Source of the DNA: Pocillopora damicornis
Lineage: Eukaryota
Assembly (NCBI RefSeq): GCF_003704095.1
Contig: NW_020847584.1
Coordinates: forward strand, 62,001 to 126,000
DNA: 64,000 bases
Direction: 5' to 3'
The notes beneath the pieces are model-generated. The model did not search any database. It was not told where the DNA came from and saw nothing but the letters and a program-made list of their open reading frames with translations. This document shows, in pieces, positions 1 through 14,381 of this stretch. The translations under genes were made by a program, and so were the position numbers. Within the stretch, counting starts at the first letter, position 1; every line of letters starts with the position of its first letter.

Positions 1-366
1 GAAATGATTTTGGAAAACAATACTGTAAGTAATGATTAGAACTGTACAAATATCATGTGAGCACAAATATGCATGTTGCATTTACATAACTACTTGCAAT
101 AATTACCTGTAACAAGTAAAGTAGTACTTTAAATGATGACAAAAAAGTTGTTGAGTAGGGTAGAAATAATCCGCTTAAAAAAGTAAAAGGACCAGCTAAA
201 AATTCATTTCAACTTTGTTCATTAATTGACACAATACAATTCAAACTAATTACATATTATAATACTTGTAATTTTAATTCTTCATCTGCAAGAAAAGGAG
301 ATAGTAATAAATTACAAATCTAAATGATGATTACATGTGTTACTTCTCAAAAAAATATGTACTCAC

Positions 367-1636
367 GTGGGTTTTAAATCCAACAGATCTATAGATTTTG
401 ACTTCATCATGCCAGATTGTTCATACTCCAGAATTATGCCTAAAAACCAAAGGTTTAAACACAAAAATGAGACTTCAAAACCAGCCTGAAATGCAAAGTA
501 ACTTCTCACTGCCCTCTCAACTCACATGCACTTAGTAACTCACTTAAATGATTTCAATCAAGTCTTTATAGATTCAAAGTAAAGGAAAGGTGTTTAGAAG
601 TCTAGGGTACAATTCAGAGATGCATGCCCTACACCCCTCTACCATCACCAAGGAATCAGGCAAGCACATCTGACATTCAAGAAGAGCAAACCATGTATTC
701 TGTAACAGCAGATCTAATATTCAAGAAAACTCAGATTCAGACACTATTTAATTAGTATTTCAGAATACAACGAACAAGCTATAAGTGAATTTGACCTGAT
801 CATGTGATATCCACAGCTTTGTAAGAGCAATTGAAATTTCTCTGTCACTTACTTATTACAAAAACTTCACCTCTCATGTCAAACAAATATTATATTTTGT
901 GGCATTAAGTGGGCACATTTTCTTTTATGTTGAATACCCTATTAAGGTATCACAGAAGGAAAATTAGCATTTTCATTAAAACTGAGATAGCATGAGAACT
1001 ATGAGCGCAATCTCCAAATTTCACAAATATTGACCAAATATCAGCTGGGAATAGACTCTTCAGAGATCACAGCTCAAGCCAAAACACTTCACTACAAAAA
1101 TCTACTTGAAATTTTTTCAGGGCCTCAGTGATGTTGACATTAGTGTGTTTCCACTTCATGCCTTTGAAGGCTGTGATATAATCTCACTGGAAGATGCCAT
1201 TTGATACTGAAGCATGCTAGAAAGCAAAGAGCAGACTCAACTGGTAAGGAGTTATACGTAGGTTGAGAAGGTGTGAATGACTAGCTGTTTATGTCAACAT
1301 GGAAGGTGCTTAAACCAGCATAAAAGAGAATGAAAGAGGTCATGCAAAGGATGGAGAGCCATACTGGAAACAGAACATAGCTTTTCAACAATTGATGCTT
1401 GATGTGCGATGCTAGGCAAAAAGATGGACTGTCTGCAAAATTTTTTGCAAACCAGCACCCATAGCAACTTCGATAGAAGAGCGTAACTCTTTGCTAGCAT
1501 TCCAAAGCCACTAAAGAGCTGTTTGATTGAAAGCTCTTTGACTTAGTTTTATATGCAATTCTAAAAATTACACAAGTGTATCATAATTATCCTCACCTGG
1601 TGGATAATAACGCAACAAGAATTTTTTCAGACGCAT
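367..1636 (-). CDS. DAW1: Dynein assembly factor with WD repeats 1 (WDR69/ODA16); first two coding exons, gene continues beyond the window start
   Basis: Exons 1636-1597 ([14 protein letters not shown], donor GTGAGG) and 439-367 ([23 protein letters not shown], donor GTGAGT) join in phase and match the recalled DAW1 N-terminus [35 protein letters not shown]. Confidence 0.93.
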
Positions 1637-4226
1637 ATTTCCGCTACAACTTTAGTAAAGGGGCTTCAACAAACATTCCCACACATTGATGAAAGACTGG
1701 GTAGGAGTGCTGATATTTGGTCAGCGGTCAATAGTTATTTTCTTATAGGTATGTCGTGTATGGGGAATTATTATGGACATTACTGTATGAATGAAGAGTG
1801 TAATGTATAATATTTATTGAGTAGATAATAATTCCCCATACATGACGTACCTAGGCTATTCGTATATACTGCATTACACCTTTTAAGGAATGTACTTCAT
1901 CCTCTTGCATTATAGGACACGACAAAGGACATATTATAACAGTAAATCAGACAGTAAAATTACCACAAGGAGGCCCCAAGAGGAAGTAACATTTTTGTAC
2001 GACTTGTTACGAGTGTTGAATCATCTTATAGGCCAAGAATGGGATTCATTGCTAGTTACAAACGTTTGCCACGGAGATCAAGAATAATTTTAGGGTTAGT
2101 CGGAATTGCTGTCGGTCTTGCTGGTCCATACCTTGTGCCTTCGTTCCCGGCAGCGGAGAAACCCGAAGAACAAATTTCGATGAGCAACGAGATGCAAAAA
2201 GCACGTCCATGATGATAGAAGACTTTATTCATGAAAATTTTTCAGACTCTTCTCCCTTGGACATGAATCAAATGAACGTTAACTGCTCAGGAACCGGCAG
2301 ACGAACAAAACCTATAAGGGTTATGAATAAAGCCCTGGAAACTGCATATCTAAATTGAATCTCGGTCTGAATATCTTAGTAAAGTTAAATGAAATGTCAA
2401 TCAACGCATTTGGGATATTTGTTAGCCCTTATGGGCCGTTTGAAGGGTCTTTTTACAAAATTGCTTTCGGCCAGAGGCCAATAAGAGAAGAAAGGAAGTC
2501 TTCTTTTCTTCTCTTAATGAAGGCGAAAAAATACTACAAATGAGTTAACATTTTATTTAACGTTAGTGGGATATTCAGACCAAGCTGTAATTTAGATATG
2601 CAATTTTCAGAGCTTGTTCATAACCCTCATAGATTTTGTTTGTCTCATGTCAACAATTATTAACCACAAACACATAGTGTGGTCTGGTTGTATCTACTGT
2701 AACATGAATTGGATACCATTGTTCATAAACTTACAGCACCAGCACCTCCACAAGTTTCTTCTTCTTCGACTGTATCTTGAATGGAATTGGAATTTTGAGT
2801 ATTTGTTTTGCTTGAGGGAAGAAACCAAAAGCCAAAAACAAAGTCAAACTACATGAGATGGCTTGGTGCAGGAATAAACCTGAGGGACAGATGGGAGGGG
2901 AATACCATTGGTACTCCAACCCCCCACTCCTATTTAACAGTTAGAGTGTTGGCTCGAGCTCTTAAGCTCTTTTTAGCATGATATTTGATAAGAGTGATAC
3001 AGATTTTTCAATTTCAATCTTTTACTATAGAGTATGATTATCATCTTCTAATCCTCCTATTGAAAAGTTTAAGGGTCAGCTTCAGCTGTTTTTAGCATTA
3101 TAGTTGATCAGAACAATAAAACAAGATGGACAGTTTAATTAAGAGTATTTAGGTTGTGTAACTTGGAACTTTAGTTAAATTATGATCCCAAATGTACACA
3201 TCTTATCCCCTATCCTGTCTTTGAAACAGAGCATATCCTGGTTTTGCCCTCCTATTTTCATTCCTCTTTCAAAATTTCTCATATTCCACATCTTGTCGCA
3301 ATTTTAAGCCTCATCTTGCATCCCTGTAGACAGCAGGCCACTATAGGCCTGTCCTCTTCATCTTCCCTGTACTGGCTAGCAGAGAATGTTAAAGAACCCA
3401 TGCACTTCTCACAAAGGGTAGGGACACAGATCCCAGTGCTGTGGTCTGGCCTTGTTTCTAAAATGTCCTTTCAAAAAATGGAAAAATTGCTAAATGCAGT
3501 GTGACCTAAGTCTTCTGCAAAGTATTGTAAAGCACTTCAAAGCATATTCATGCATCATTACTCAAATGGGAATGTGATTTTACCACTGGGAAGTGGCCTA
3601 GGTATCCCCCTTCTTCAGGATCCTCTAAGGAAAGAGCTTAAGTAGAATTTAATGATTAATGTTTCATGGCAATGTACATTATGTAAGAAATGATCCTTTT
3701 GGTAAACCTTGAATATTAATGGTTTATGGTGGTTTCAACCCACAGCAAGTACCCTACCACCTTTGCAAGTTCGCTCCCTAGTGTAAAACAAGTTCCACAT
3801 CACCTTTACCAGTTCACCCCAAAATCTCTCAACTTGTTTCCTTTACCACAGAATCTATTCATTTCCTGTCAAAACCATGATATATTCCCACTAAAGAGCA
3901 ATTTCACTGCAAAACCATAACAAAATTTGATCAACATGAAATTGCCTAGCCATGTTAGCTAAAGCACAAGTAATGCAAGGTCGCTACATTATTACAGTCT
4001 TAATCTGAAGGGTTTGACAACTTTGTACTTTTGGTAGAAGCAATTTCTAAGAACTAGTTACCTCGTTTGATTTAGAGAAAAAAAAAAACGATTTCGAAGG
4101 AAAAGGAATATGTTCTGTCATACTCAACGAGTTGAATGATTTGGGGGCGAACTGATGAAGACTGGAGCGAACTCCTTTTACACTAGGGGGCAAACTTGCC
4201 TTAGGGCAAGATTACTGGTAACCAAA

Positions 4227-4961
4227 TTAACGAGATACGTTCTTTGGCGAAAATGCACTCTCTCCTTGACCAATTATATCTTTAGGCAATCCAGTAACAG
4301 TGAAAAACTTTCCATCGAAAATCTTACAATGTCGAAAATTCAAAAGATAGCTTTCCTTGCGATTGTCTTTACAACCATAAACCTCTAACGTATGAAAAAA
4401 ATTATTTAAGTCTATTCCTGAGTCACTAATTGGAACAAAGCTCTCAAGATGGAAGGTTCTGTTGCGACGATTTCCCCAAAACGTCAGACTTGAAATTGTT
4501 ACTTGTTGAGTGGCTTCGTGGAAAGAAAGTTCACCAATAATTCGACGAAAAAAATAGCTCAAAGCAACAAAACCAGCTGTTGTACCAGTAGCTCCGGTAA
4601 CAGCACAAATGAAGGAGTTAAGTGATATGTCTCCACATAAGTACCAGTAGGTTATTGGGCAAGTGAAACTTGTCATTAAAGCCACATGTAAGATTTTCAC
4701 TCTAGATATGAAACGAATGTGTTTCATCCATTTAAAACGATAGAGTACTTGATTGTCATTTGGAGTGATGTTCTGTGGAGACACATAATGTTTTCCCTCT
4801 GGCTGGCAAAAGCGATTGACGGCCGATGACGTTGAAATAAATATCTTTCTCAAAAAGAGAACGTTAGTGCTGTAATTTAGAGGAATCCTTCTCCAGAGGA
4901 AGTAACCTTTGCAAAACCGAAGGGTTGAAGAAGAAAATGAAGACATGATTCCTAGCGACAT
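4227..4961 (-). CDS. TMEM186: Transmembrane protein 186 (mitochondrial complex I assembly associated), single coding exon
   Basis: Long ORF (track start 5024 is TTG; first ATG 4961, next 4946). LYRF..RFISRVK, two hydrophobic helices, LSYFFRRIIG and LTFWGNRR match TMEM186. The basic, Ser-rich N-terminus resembles a mitochondrial presequence. Confidence 0.9.
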   Translation of the reverse strand: MSLGIMSSFSSSTLRFCKGYFLWRRIPLNYSTNVLFLRKIFISTSSAVNRFCQPEGKHYVSPQNITPNDNQVLYRFKWMKHIRFISRVKILHVALMTSFTCPITYWYLCGDISLNSFICAVTGATGTTAGFVALSYFFRRIIGELSFHEATQQVTISSLTFWGNRRNRTFHLESFVPISDSGIDLNNFFHTLEVYGCKDNRKESYLLNFRHCKIFDGKFFTVTGLPKDIIGQGESAFSPKNVSR

Positions 4962-5038
4962 AGCAGTGATACTTGGAAACCCTCTCTGCTCATTGAGTGA
5001 GCGGAGTCTGGAAACGAGTTGCAATCACAATCTCCAAG

Positions 5039-8000
5039 ATGGCTGTAGTAGGATTTCGTGAGAAGAGGAAGTTGGCACAAAGAGCAGATATTTTTGTTAG
5101 ATTTGAGGCTAAAGAACGATATAACAATATTAGACAAATTTTAAAGAAAGATCCTTCACTGAGAAATGACGAAGAGATCCAAATGATGGCAAACTCCCAA
5201 GAAATAGTCCAAGAAATCGAGAAGAGATCTTGGCGACAAGAGCAAGCCAAGCGTCGAGTTGAAGAGGTGAGCTTTGTATCGAAGAGTTTGTTTCATCCTT
5301 TTTCTTTCCTAAGATTTATTTTTAATTTTTTACTTTCGTTTGACCTTGGAAAATAGGTGCTAGATCCTCCAGATGTATTGGATCAAAAAACAACTGAACT
5401 TGCCGAAGCGATTATTAAGGCAAAATGTCTTGTTGTTTACACTGGTGCTGGAGTGAGTACGGTAGGTTCCACTGATGGTGAATCGTTCTTTGCATTCAAT
5501 TTTTCTCCTTTTCAATTTTTTTTCGTCAAAAGAATTAAACGAGACTTTTCCTTTTTTCTCCCAGGCAGCTTCGATCCCTGATTACAGGTTGGTGAATGCT
5601 ATGTCGGAATAACACCGTTTTAATATCGTTGTAGATCCTCTAAATGCCTTAGTTATAGTATTTTATGATATTTATATGATATCTCCTATTTTGATTTACA
5701 TGTTAGCTTACATTTAATTTGTATAACAACTATAGGGGCCCTGATGGAGTCTGGACTCGTCTTTCACGAGGAGAAAATATAGGGTAAAACACGATGGAGT
5801 TTTTATTAAATAGTATATGTTATTATTAATTAATTAATGCGAACAGGTTTCTCATTTAGCTAATTTAGCAGGTAATTCGAAATTTCAACTTATTAGGAAT
5901 GTTGATTTGAAAAAAATGGATTGTTTAATTTTCTCTTCATCCCCTTGGACCTTGGAAAATTCTTTGACAAAGAGAAGTAATTATCATGAAACTGTTTACA
6001 TCTAATGAAATTACTACAGTTATTTTAATAGTTAAAGAGAATTTAGTCATTTCTTGTGATGCATGCAGTTCCATGGATTTCTAGCTTTAAAATCACTAAA
6101 AGAAAAGTTTTATTTGTGAAATTGTCTAGCCCAGGCATGGTTTCCATCTGAGTGGATTAGTCCTGAAGAGGGGGGTACCAACTCCATTCCATAACCCATT
6201 ATTTCCAAATCTCACTTACAAGTGGTCAACTCCCATTTTCACCAGCAGAATTCAGAAAATGTCACTGTTTCGCTTGTTAGCCCTTTTCTTGTGAAATCTA
6301 GAATTACCACTTTAACCTCTTCCTCTTGGCACATGCATAGCAATTTACTTAGCCCCATTTAAGTCACATTAAGTTATATTTCCTCATACAGGGATCTGCT
6401 CTGTATTGCATGATCATTGCAAGTCTCCTCTAAGGACTCCAAGGATTTTTTTTGTAAATTATTTAGCCTGCATATTTTTTTCAGCTCCTATAATCTGACA
6501 GATGCTGATCCGACGTTAACTCATATGAGCATTATAAAGCTTTATCAAGAAGGGCTGGTTAGTGTGTAGCTTATCTTCCAATTGCATGCAAAAATGATGG
6601 AAGTGAACATTTTTCTTGTACCTCAGTTAAAAACAAGTCATTTGAAAGCATGACCCCATTTTTGCATGACTCAGGAAACGTGGTTGAGTTTAAGCATTAT
6701 GTCTAGGGCGATAAAAAACAATAAAAATGCACCGTAATTGTAATTTAGTGCAAGTAATTTAATCCTTGTGGTGCACAAACTACTGGAAGGAGATTGTGAA
6801 AGGTTCAACTTTAACCCAGAGCCTTAGTTGTCATTCATAACCTCTCTTTAGACTTTTGTAGCAGGGAATACACTGAAATTCATCCTCTTCTTCTGTTTTG
6901 CTGAACTAGCTTTGAACAATGGTGCTATAACCAGTTCAAAATTTTTGGAACACCTTGAGCAAAAAAATTAAAGTGCTGCCCCCCTTCTCAAAAAAAATCA
7001 AATGCTGCCCCACTTCCTCAATTCAATGTTGTTTATCTAAGTTTTGTACATGGTAATACTTAGCTACCAACATTGCAAAAGGGGTAGTGGAGGATATATT
7101 ATGCAGGATCACTTTGTGAACAAGCCACACCATGCACAATTGGCATATGATACTGGTATAGGCCATTTATATACATCACACAGTTTAGAAAACCCTCCTA
7201 AATTAATTGGTAAACATTTTTTTTTACACCTCAAAGAAGGATGTTTTCGCTACATGTGTGCAAAGAGTATTTCAGAAATCTTGAAAGTGAAATGTGAAAA
7301 AAGAAGAAACATGGTTTCTGAATGATTTTCAACCAAAAAAATTATACAAACTGAGCAAAAGTAAGAAAATGAACCAAAATTTGACTCTGGTTTATTATGC
7401 TCTTAGCCTTGCAAGAATTGATGTCTTTCAGCCTGGTGATAAATTAGCATTAACATTAAAAAAAATCAGAAAAAGATGGGATTTTCCAGAAGTGGCTTCT
7501 AGGAGAGGATTGTAAAAACAAAATAAGTAAATTTCTTTTGGTATATGGCTGATGCAGAGTAAATATCTATTGATGAAATGAGTGGTAAAGAATTAAGTTT
7601 TTCATGTGGTGATATCAATACCATAGGACAATGTTCTTGCATTTTATTCGGTTGTCCTGCAGATTTAGTACTTTCATGAATGTAAAACTTTTGAGTTCAA
7701 AAGAGGAATTCTTCCATGTGGCCATTTCATTTTATTTTTCAGGTGAAACATGTGGTGTCACAGAATTGTGATGGCCTGCATGTCAGAAGTGGTCTTCCAC
7801 CAGAAGCTTTGTCTGAGATCCATGGGAACATGTTTGTTGAGGTGTGATTGATCATCTTATTACCGTGCTGAATAGTGTTTCTATGAAATGATGACTGATA
7901 GGCTCTAAACACAACAAATGGATCATAATGGTTCTACTTGTAGGCAACAGTGCTTAATAGTAACCATGCACAAAATTTGTTTAAAGCTGTTATAGATGAC

Positions 8001-11000
8001 AATTCAGCTTTTGTATTTTGGAAAAGATAATATCACACATTAGTTAAATGGAATATTATATTGCCCTGGGAGGACACTTGTCACAGGGTTGTAGCATTCT
8101 GATTGTTTTAGTTTCTGAACAAGTAAATAACAATACTATCATTCATTTTTACTGCAGGTGTGCACAGAATGTGAAGAGAAGGACAGAACTTACTACCGTC
8201 TATTTGATGTGACAGAAAATACAAGACTGAGGAGGCATCAAACAAATCGATATTGTTGTGAATGTGGCTCACAGCTAAGAGATACCATAGTTCATTTTGG
8301 TGAAAAGGGTAACCTGCATTGGCCTTTAAACTGGCAAGGAGCATTAGAGAAGGCCAAAATTGCAGATTGTATTCTTTGTCTGGGATCCAGCTTAAAGGTA
8401 TTTATGGAAAGATGAACTTTTGGTTTTTTTTGTACTATATTTTAATGTACAAGAGGAGGTGCATTATTGGGAGCCTGAGCCAGATATTCAACAAGCAAAA
8501 ACATTCATCATATTAACAAGACTCATACTGAAGTTTCCACCATAATCTTGCTACCTTTGCCCAAATATCTTATTTAAAATACTTCACCATTCATTTTTTG
8601 TTTCCGTGGTTTGAATGAAATGTAAAGATACTGTGAACTAGCTTTCTTTTCCACTGTCCACACTCCAGTATCTCCATATAGTTTCTTGGAGGCTGAGATG
8701 TGTTGTTCCTGAAGGAGATGAACTCTACCTAAAGCACACAGTCTTGTCATTAATAATTGAAATTAAAAAGACTCAGCAAATCAATTGAATTAACTTGCAA
8801 TAGAGGCATCCCAAGCCCACATCTTGCAAACAGGGAAAAGTAATCATCTGTTCTCTCTTTAAGTGTTCCACATTATAAAATTTTGTCAGAAGGCGCTGCA
8901 TGACATCCCAAAAAATGGTTGGGTTTAGTCTGCATGACATCAGTCATTTCATATGGTGATCTCTACAGAAAATATATAATAAACTCAATGATTGTTAACT
9001 TTTAATACCCTAAATCCACCCCATTGGTAGGCAGATATAAAAGGTGTAATTACCCCTAGTTCTCTTTGTTGTCTCGAGCAATTTGGTAAGTTTTTGGGAT
9101 GGATGATCCCCTCTTATCAGAAGCAAACCCCAAGGAGGAACTGACCATTGTAAATAAAATAACTAACTTCATGTTATCCCAAACCCAAAGGTATTCCTGC
9201 CTGTGGTGCAGGCATGAAAAATGAAAAAAAGAGAGATTGTGTAGGTCAGTCTGTGCTATGGCACCATAGGAATGTTCAATTTGCACAGGATGAACCTTGT
9301 TCACCAACATGGTCACCATTTTATCATTTCTAATGCCTGTGATGCTATTTGGAAACAATCTCCAGAAAACCAAAATTCTGAAACAGGCTAGTTGTAAGTT
9401 AGTTTTAACAATAAAGCCTTCACTTTCTTAATGTGTTTTTGACTTTATTTTTCCAAAGGTGCTAAAGAGGTACCATGCTTTATGGGGGATGAGTAGAGTG
9501 AAGACAAGGAGACCCAGCCTTTATATTGTTAACCTACAGGTAATGTAGCATTATGACTGGTAACTTGATGACTTGATAGTGTGACAGTACAGTCAAAATA
9601 GTGCCATTTCTCTAAGGTTCACCAAACTTAAAGACATTTTGGATCATCGGGTTTACCAACAAACCAAAGTGGTCTGGGTGACAAATTTTCAGAAGAAATA
9701 TGAAAATGCAAACTCTTTCTGTTTGATTTCCTAAAATTTACTTTCTTATAGCAGCTTTGGCCATATGTGTACTTCCAGATGTAATTTGTCACTAGGTTCT
9801 GGCTAAAAGTCAGTTCTTAAATTGTGTGTATGTTGGGGAATAGGGGATGACTCATTTAATTTTTGTATTTTCCTTATTTTTTAATATTCTCTTCATGGCT
9901 TTCCATATATGTACAATTACATATGGAGATAATTTGTTTATCTAGTTGTTTGTTTTTTATTTATTTATTATTTATTTAAGCAATAGAACTCATATTCCAG
10001 GGTTTTATATGTTAGTAGAACACAACGAGAGCTTTGAGAGTGTTCTTCCAACATCCAAAGTGGATTTATAATGTTTTAAGAAGTATTCTGTTGCTTGTAG
10101 TTGCTGGTTTTCATTAAAGCCCATTACAAAAGCATGAGAAACCAATCACCTTGCCCAAAAGAAAATGAAAAACTTACAATGACTGAATTTATGAATGAAA
10201 TCTTACCAAGGATCTGAGTAGAAATTAAAATAAAATGGCAGAAAAAAATGTTATAAATTAAAATGAAGGCAAACATTTATAGAAAAAAATATTTTTGCCA
10301 AAGTACTCCTAAATCTTGACAAGGAAAATGGAAAAAAAATCCAAGGGAGAGCTCTACATGAAAAATGAGTAATACAGTAGTTTCAGTAGGAATTATATAA
10401 CGAGTTATCTTGTCTATTCAATATTTAAATTTAGTGGCTTCAGTTACTTTGATGAATAATCCAAAAAGTCACAGAGTTACTGAAGCCAAAACAAAAATTT
10501 TGCAGACTGCTTTTGCCACTAAATGCTGCCTCATACTCACTATGAGCTGTTTTTCATAAGTACATGTATTTGACAACTTATTTATTGTCTAAAATTATGT
10601 CAAGTAAATGTTTTGATGACACTATGATGTAGAGAATATCTCCTAAGAGGAACTTAGCACATCAGCAAATAAACATCTCAACAATTTGCCAAGTGTAGAA
10701 GAAAGATTTTTGTCACATAAACTATGGTGATATACAAAGATTTCCAGCCCTAAGAAAAGCCCTAACAACACACGTGAAAAAATACTATATTTTTTTCATG
10801 TGTGTTTGATATTGCCAATCAGCTGCTGACATGTCACTTGCCTTTTGCATCAATTGGTCAGGTTGATGAATAAAAGGCAAAGCCTTCACCATTCTCTGTT
10901 CATGGATGTTTGTCAGAATTTCCTTGTAGTATGGCTGCTAAATCATTGAAAATGGCTTACAGACAGTAATGTTCAAACTTTCCTAGAAGAGAAAGAAAAA

Positions 11001-14000
11001 CCTCAATTTGAAAAGAAAACTGAAAGTTATGTATTCATTGACTTTTGTAATGGCATTTCTCGTGGCTGAGAACGAAAATTGACAACTGGAAGATTTGCCA
11101 CAGGCCGATTTTAGCTATGTCATGGAAAGATTTCTATATGTAATGAAAAAGTCAACAACTGACAATTTTGTTTATTGAAAATTTTGTCCATTGTTGTTTT
11201 GTAGTCAGTGATGCAGTGCTTTTTTTTTTCATATTGAGCTTTATCACCGATGCACTTTATGATTTTTGTTTGGGGATTGTCGATCCTTTTTTCATTTGTA
11301 AATAAAGTCAACTTTCCTCATCAGTTTAGGGCTGTTGTGTTTATTTGATAAACAAAATAATACATGGTTGCTTGTAGATATGGAATATCTCTTCGCATGT
11401 TCAACTCGACATCTCACTTGTTTGCTGTGCTCACTTGTAAGCTATCAAGTTGAACACTGGAAGAGAAATTCCATATCTACATGCACTTATGTATTATTCA
11501 CTATACAAGCCACAGTCAAAATCTTATTTAAACAGTATATCACCAAATAGCCCTTAAATTTACATGGACAGAAACACCTTGAACTACTTTCTCCTACATT
11601 GTATAGTGTCCCTTCAGTCTTTGATTTTGAAAGCAATTGAGTGTATGAAATACAGGTTTCATTTTAGTAATTGTTTGCTACATTTACATTGAGGTGGATG
11701 TAACATGCACCATTTGATGTGGAACTGTATCTATTGCTTTCATCACTCTCTGCTTTCAAGGCCACAATCGATACCGTCAGAGTATCAGTATATAAATCTA
11801 TCAATTTATGTGGTTTGGAGTGATTACATAATTTTACACATGATGCATGCAATTTAATAAAATTTCTGTGAATTTTTAAGTGCTTCCTGTTTTGATCAAA
11901 ATTGTATCTTTCACAAATCATATTTTTACACTTCAGTGGACTCCAAAGGACGACCTTGCGGCACTAAAGATCAGTGGTGAGTTTCACACATCAACAAAAT
12001 TTTGATGAGTTGTATTACTTATATTGTAAAATATTATTACATGGTTTCTCATAGGGAATATGTCTGTCAAAATTTCATCGCCATCAAGTGATCATTGTGC
12101 TGATGCTAGGCCTGGAGGTGCCAACCTCTGAAAATCTAGTTTATGGAGATGTATGATTTGCAATTGCGTTTTCCTTCACAAACAACTAAGGGTAATTAAA
12201 ATAACCCTTTCACTAATCACCCATATGCTGGTAATCGGGTAGCAAATTTATGTCTCCATAAAGAAATGGCCTACTCACAACCTGTTTCTTAGGTCGCTGT
12301 GATGATGTAATGGAGAGAGTTATGGCTAAACTTGGACTTGGTATTCCCGAGTATAAAAGGTTTGTTTGGCTCTGTACTTTTGTTTATTTTACTCTAAATG
12401 TCCTTGATCTAAGTGAACTGCTAACAGGAGTTGTGGATGGCCATTTTTGTACAAGTATACAGAATACTTTGTCATATTTTGAACAGTTTGTCTTGACAGC
12501 TTATTCACCATGTTTTCTGATACTTGCAGAGGAATGTTAATGTCAGATTTTTGCATATTTTTGCTCTTGTTCTCTTTTCATTCACAAAGTGAACATTTTT
12601 TATGAAAGCAGGAGTATGGTTATATTAGTTTTCCTTTTTTAGCTCATTTCAATGTCTCCTGGTGATTACTTTGACCTCCCTTTACCACTACTTGTAGAAA
12701 AACATGCTTATTTAAGTTGTTTTTCAGTTTTATTTCCTTGGTTTCCTATTTACATTGTGGCTTAAGGAAAAATAAATTGTTTCTTGTAGTATCTTTTGGG
12801 GTGACATATTGATGAAGAATGTGCCAGTGCCTTCCAATGAATTGCATGAATTATGTGAAAATTATTAATTTTTTTATGTGTTAAGTACCCCATTTACCCT
12901 CAGATAGGACACAGTTTAAACCAGAAAAGTAAGATAAAAGTTAGGGTGCTTCTTAAATGGAGGTGAAAGTGTTTTGACACCTCGTTATTATACATGATAG
13001 CTCAAAGTTTTGTCTTACACTTTAATTGTTGTATATTCATTGTAAGGCAACAATCTTTGTATACAGAGGTTTCTCCTTCTTGGAGTTGATAACAAACTTC
13101 CTAGTCTCCAGCCTTAAAACGATATATTTCGGAATATTCAATTTGTGACTGCAGCTTTCCTTTTTGTTACTGAGTGAAATTAAAGATAGGCAGCAGTCAA
13201 TTCCGTGGATTTTAAAAAGCATACGATTATTCTGGTCTGTTAAAGTGTTTAAAAATAGCTTATACTAATCGATCCAAACGTTAACGTCAACTCAAAATAA
13301 TTGAACCAAACCAATCAGCCAATTACCCTCAACTGTTTCCACGGCTCATGTTTCATATCAGATCATAAACAATCGCAATTGTTCAAAATAGTGTTGGGTT
13401 TGCGCCTAAACTTGAATTTTTTTTGTTCAACGGTGCTTAGAATAAACTCTGAAAAGAAGTTTTGTGATGAAAATTTGCGTATTAAAGGTGAGAAGCAATT
13501 GAAAGAACTAAAGTAAATCCTGATTGCTCCAGAAGCTTCCAAAACGCATGGAATCACTCAATGCCATTACTTGTTTTCTTTTTACTCCATTACTCGTTAC
13601 TGAGTTACTCTGTTTAACAACACCCCAATTATAGAGGGAAGCCCAAGTGAAGGCCACTGTCGCCTTTCGTTCATTTTATTCTAAGCTGGCTTTATAAATT
13701 TTACAACTGTTCTTTGTTAGTGGGTTTCATTACGACAGCTGCATGATTTCTGATCACAATTTACTAATTATCTTTTCAAAGTTTGGGGGTGTGGCTTATA
13801 CACGGATGCCACCTATTCGCGGGTGAATTCGGTACATATGCGATTGTAGTTCACCTATAGCCCATAAAAAGCCAAAGATGACAGTTACAAAATGTCATAC
13901 ACTCAAAAATTCAAAACAGATGATGCATTTTTAAACTCTTTAAATAGATGAACTAGTTTTTTGTAATATTCATTACAATTCCTCTGCAAGATTCTTTACA

Positions 14001-14381
14001 ATTCATAAAAAAATAGCTCTTTGTTTTGCAGAAAATACATGGTCGTTGTGAGATGAACTGACCTATGTTTTTTTTTTTTGGTTGTCTTGTAGATGTAAAG
14101 ACTCTCTTTTTACTCTCTCAACGCCACTGAGGACCCATGAATTGGACACTTTTAGCACCAAATGCTTAACTGTTACAGTCCAGCAATGTAACCAGTCCCT
14201 TGAATATGTCAAAACTGACACTGTGGTAACTGAAGGACTAGAATGTAATAACTGTGAGGACAATAACTCGTCTTGTTGTAAAACTGAGAAAGGTGTTCTC
14301 TCAAATCCTAAACATCCAGGTTGGTTTGGTAAAGGGTTCGCAAAGGTCAAGAAACCCAGAAAGAAAAGGAGGCTGAGATGA
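5039..14381 (+). CDS. SIRT7: NAD-dependent deacetylase sirtuin-7, 11 exons
   Basis: Exons 5039-5266, 5357-5461, 5565-5587, 5736-5783, 6485-6557, 7743-7841, 8158-8397, 9459-9539, 11937-11976, 12293-12359, 14093-14381, all GT-AG and in phase. Motifs [36 protein letters not shown], CxxC/Cxx[27 protein letters not shown] and the C-terminal PGWFGKG are SIRT7-type. Confidence 0.97.
10745..11150 (+). mobile_element. Interspersed repeat (non-autonomous element) in SIRT7 intron 8; second copy inverted at ~46490-46935
   Basis: CCCTAAGAAAAGCCCTAACAACACACGTGAAAAA...TTTGATATTGCCAATCAGCTGCTGACATGTCACTTGCC...CTTACAGACAGT...CTAGAAGAGAAAG aligns with the reverse complement of the KPNA intron 1 segment. Boundaries approximate. 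Confidence 0.75.
11374..11481. mobile_element. Fold-back (MITE-like) palindrome
   Basis: Arms TGTAGATATGGAATATCTCTTC..TGTTCAACT and AGTTGAACAC..GAAGAGAAATTCCATATCTACA are near-perfect inverted repeats. Confidence 0.7.

Noticed and set aside
2229-2264. MSKGEE start resembling the GFP N-terminus
   Set aside because: Stops after 11 codons with no further similarity; coincidence.
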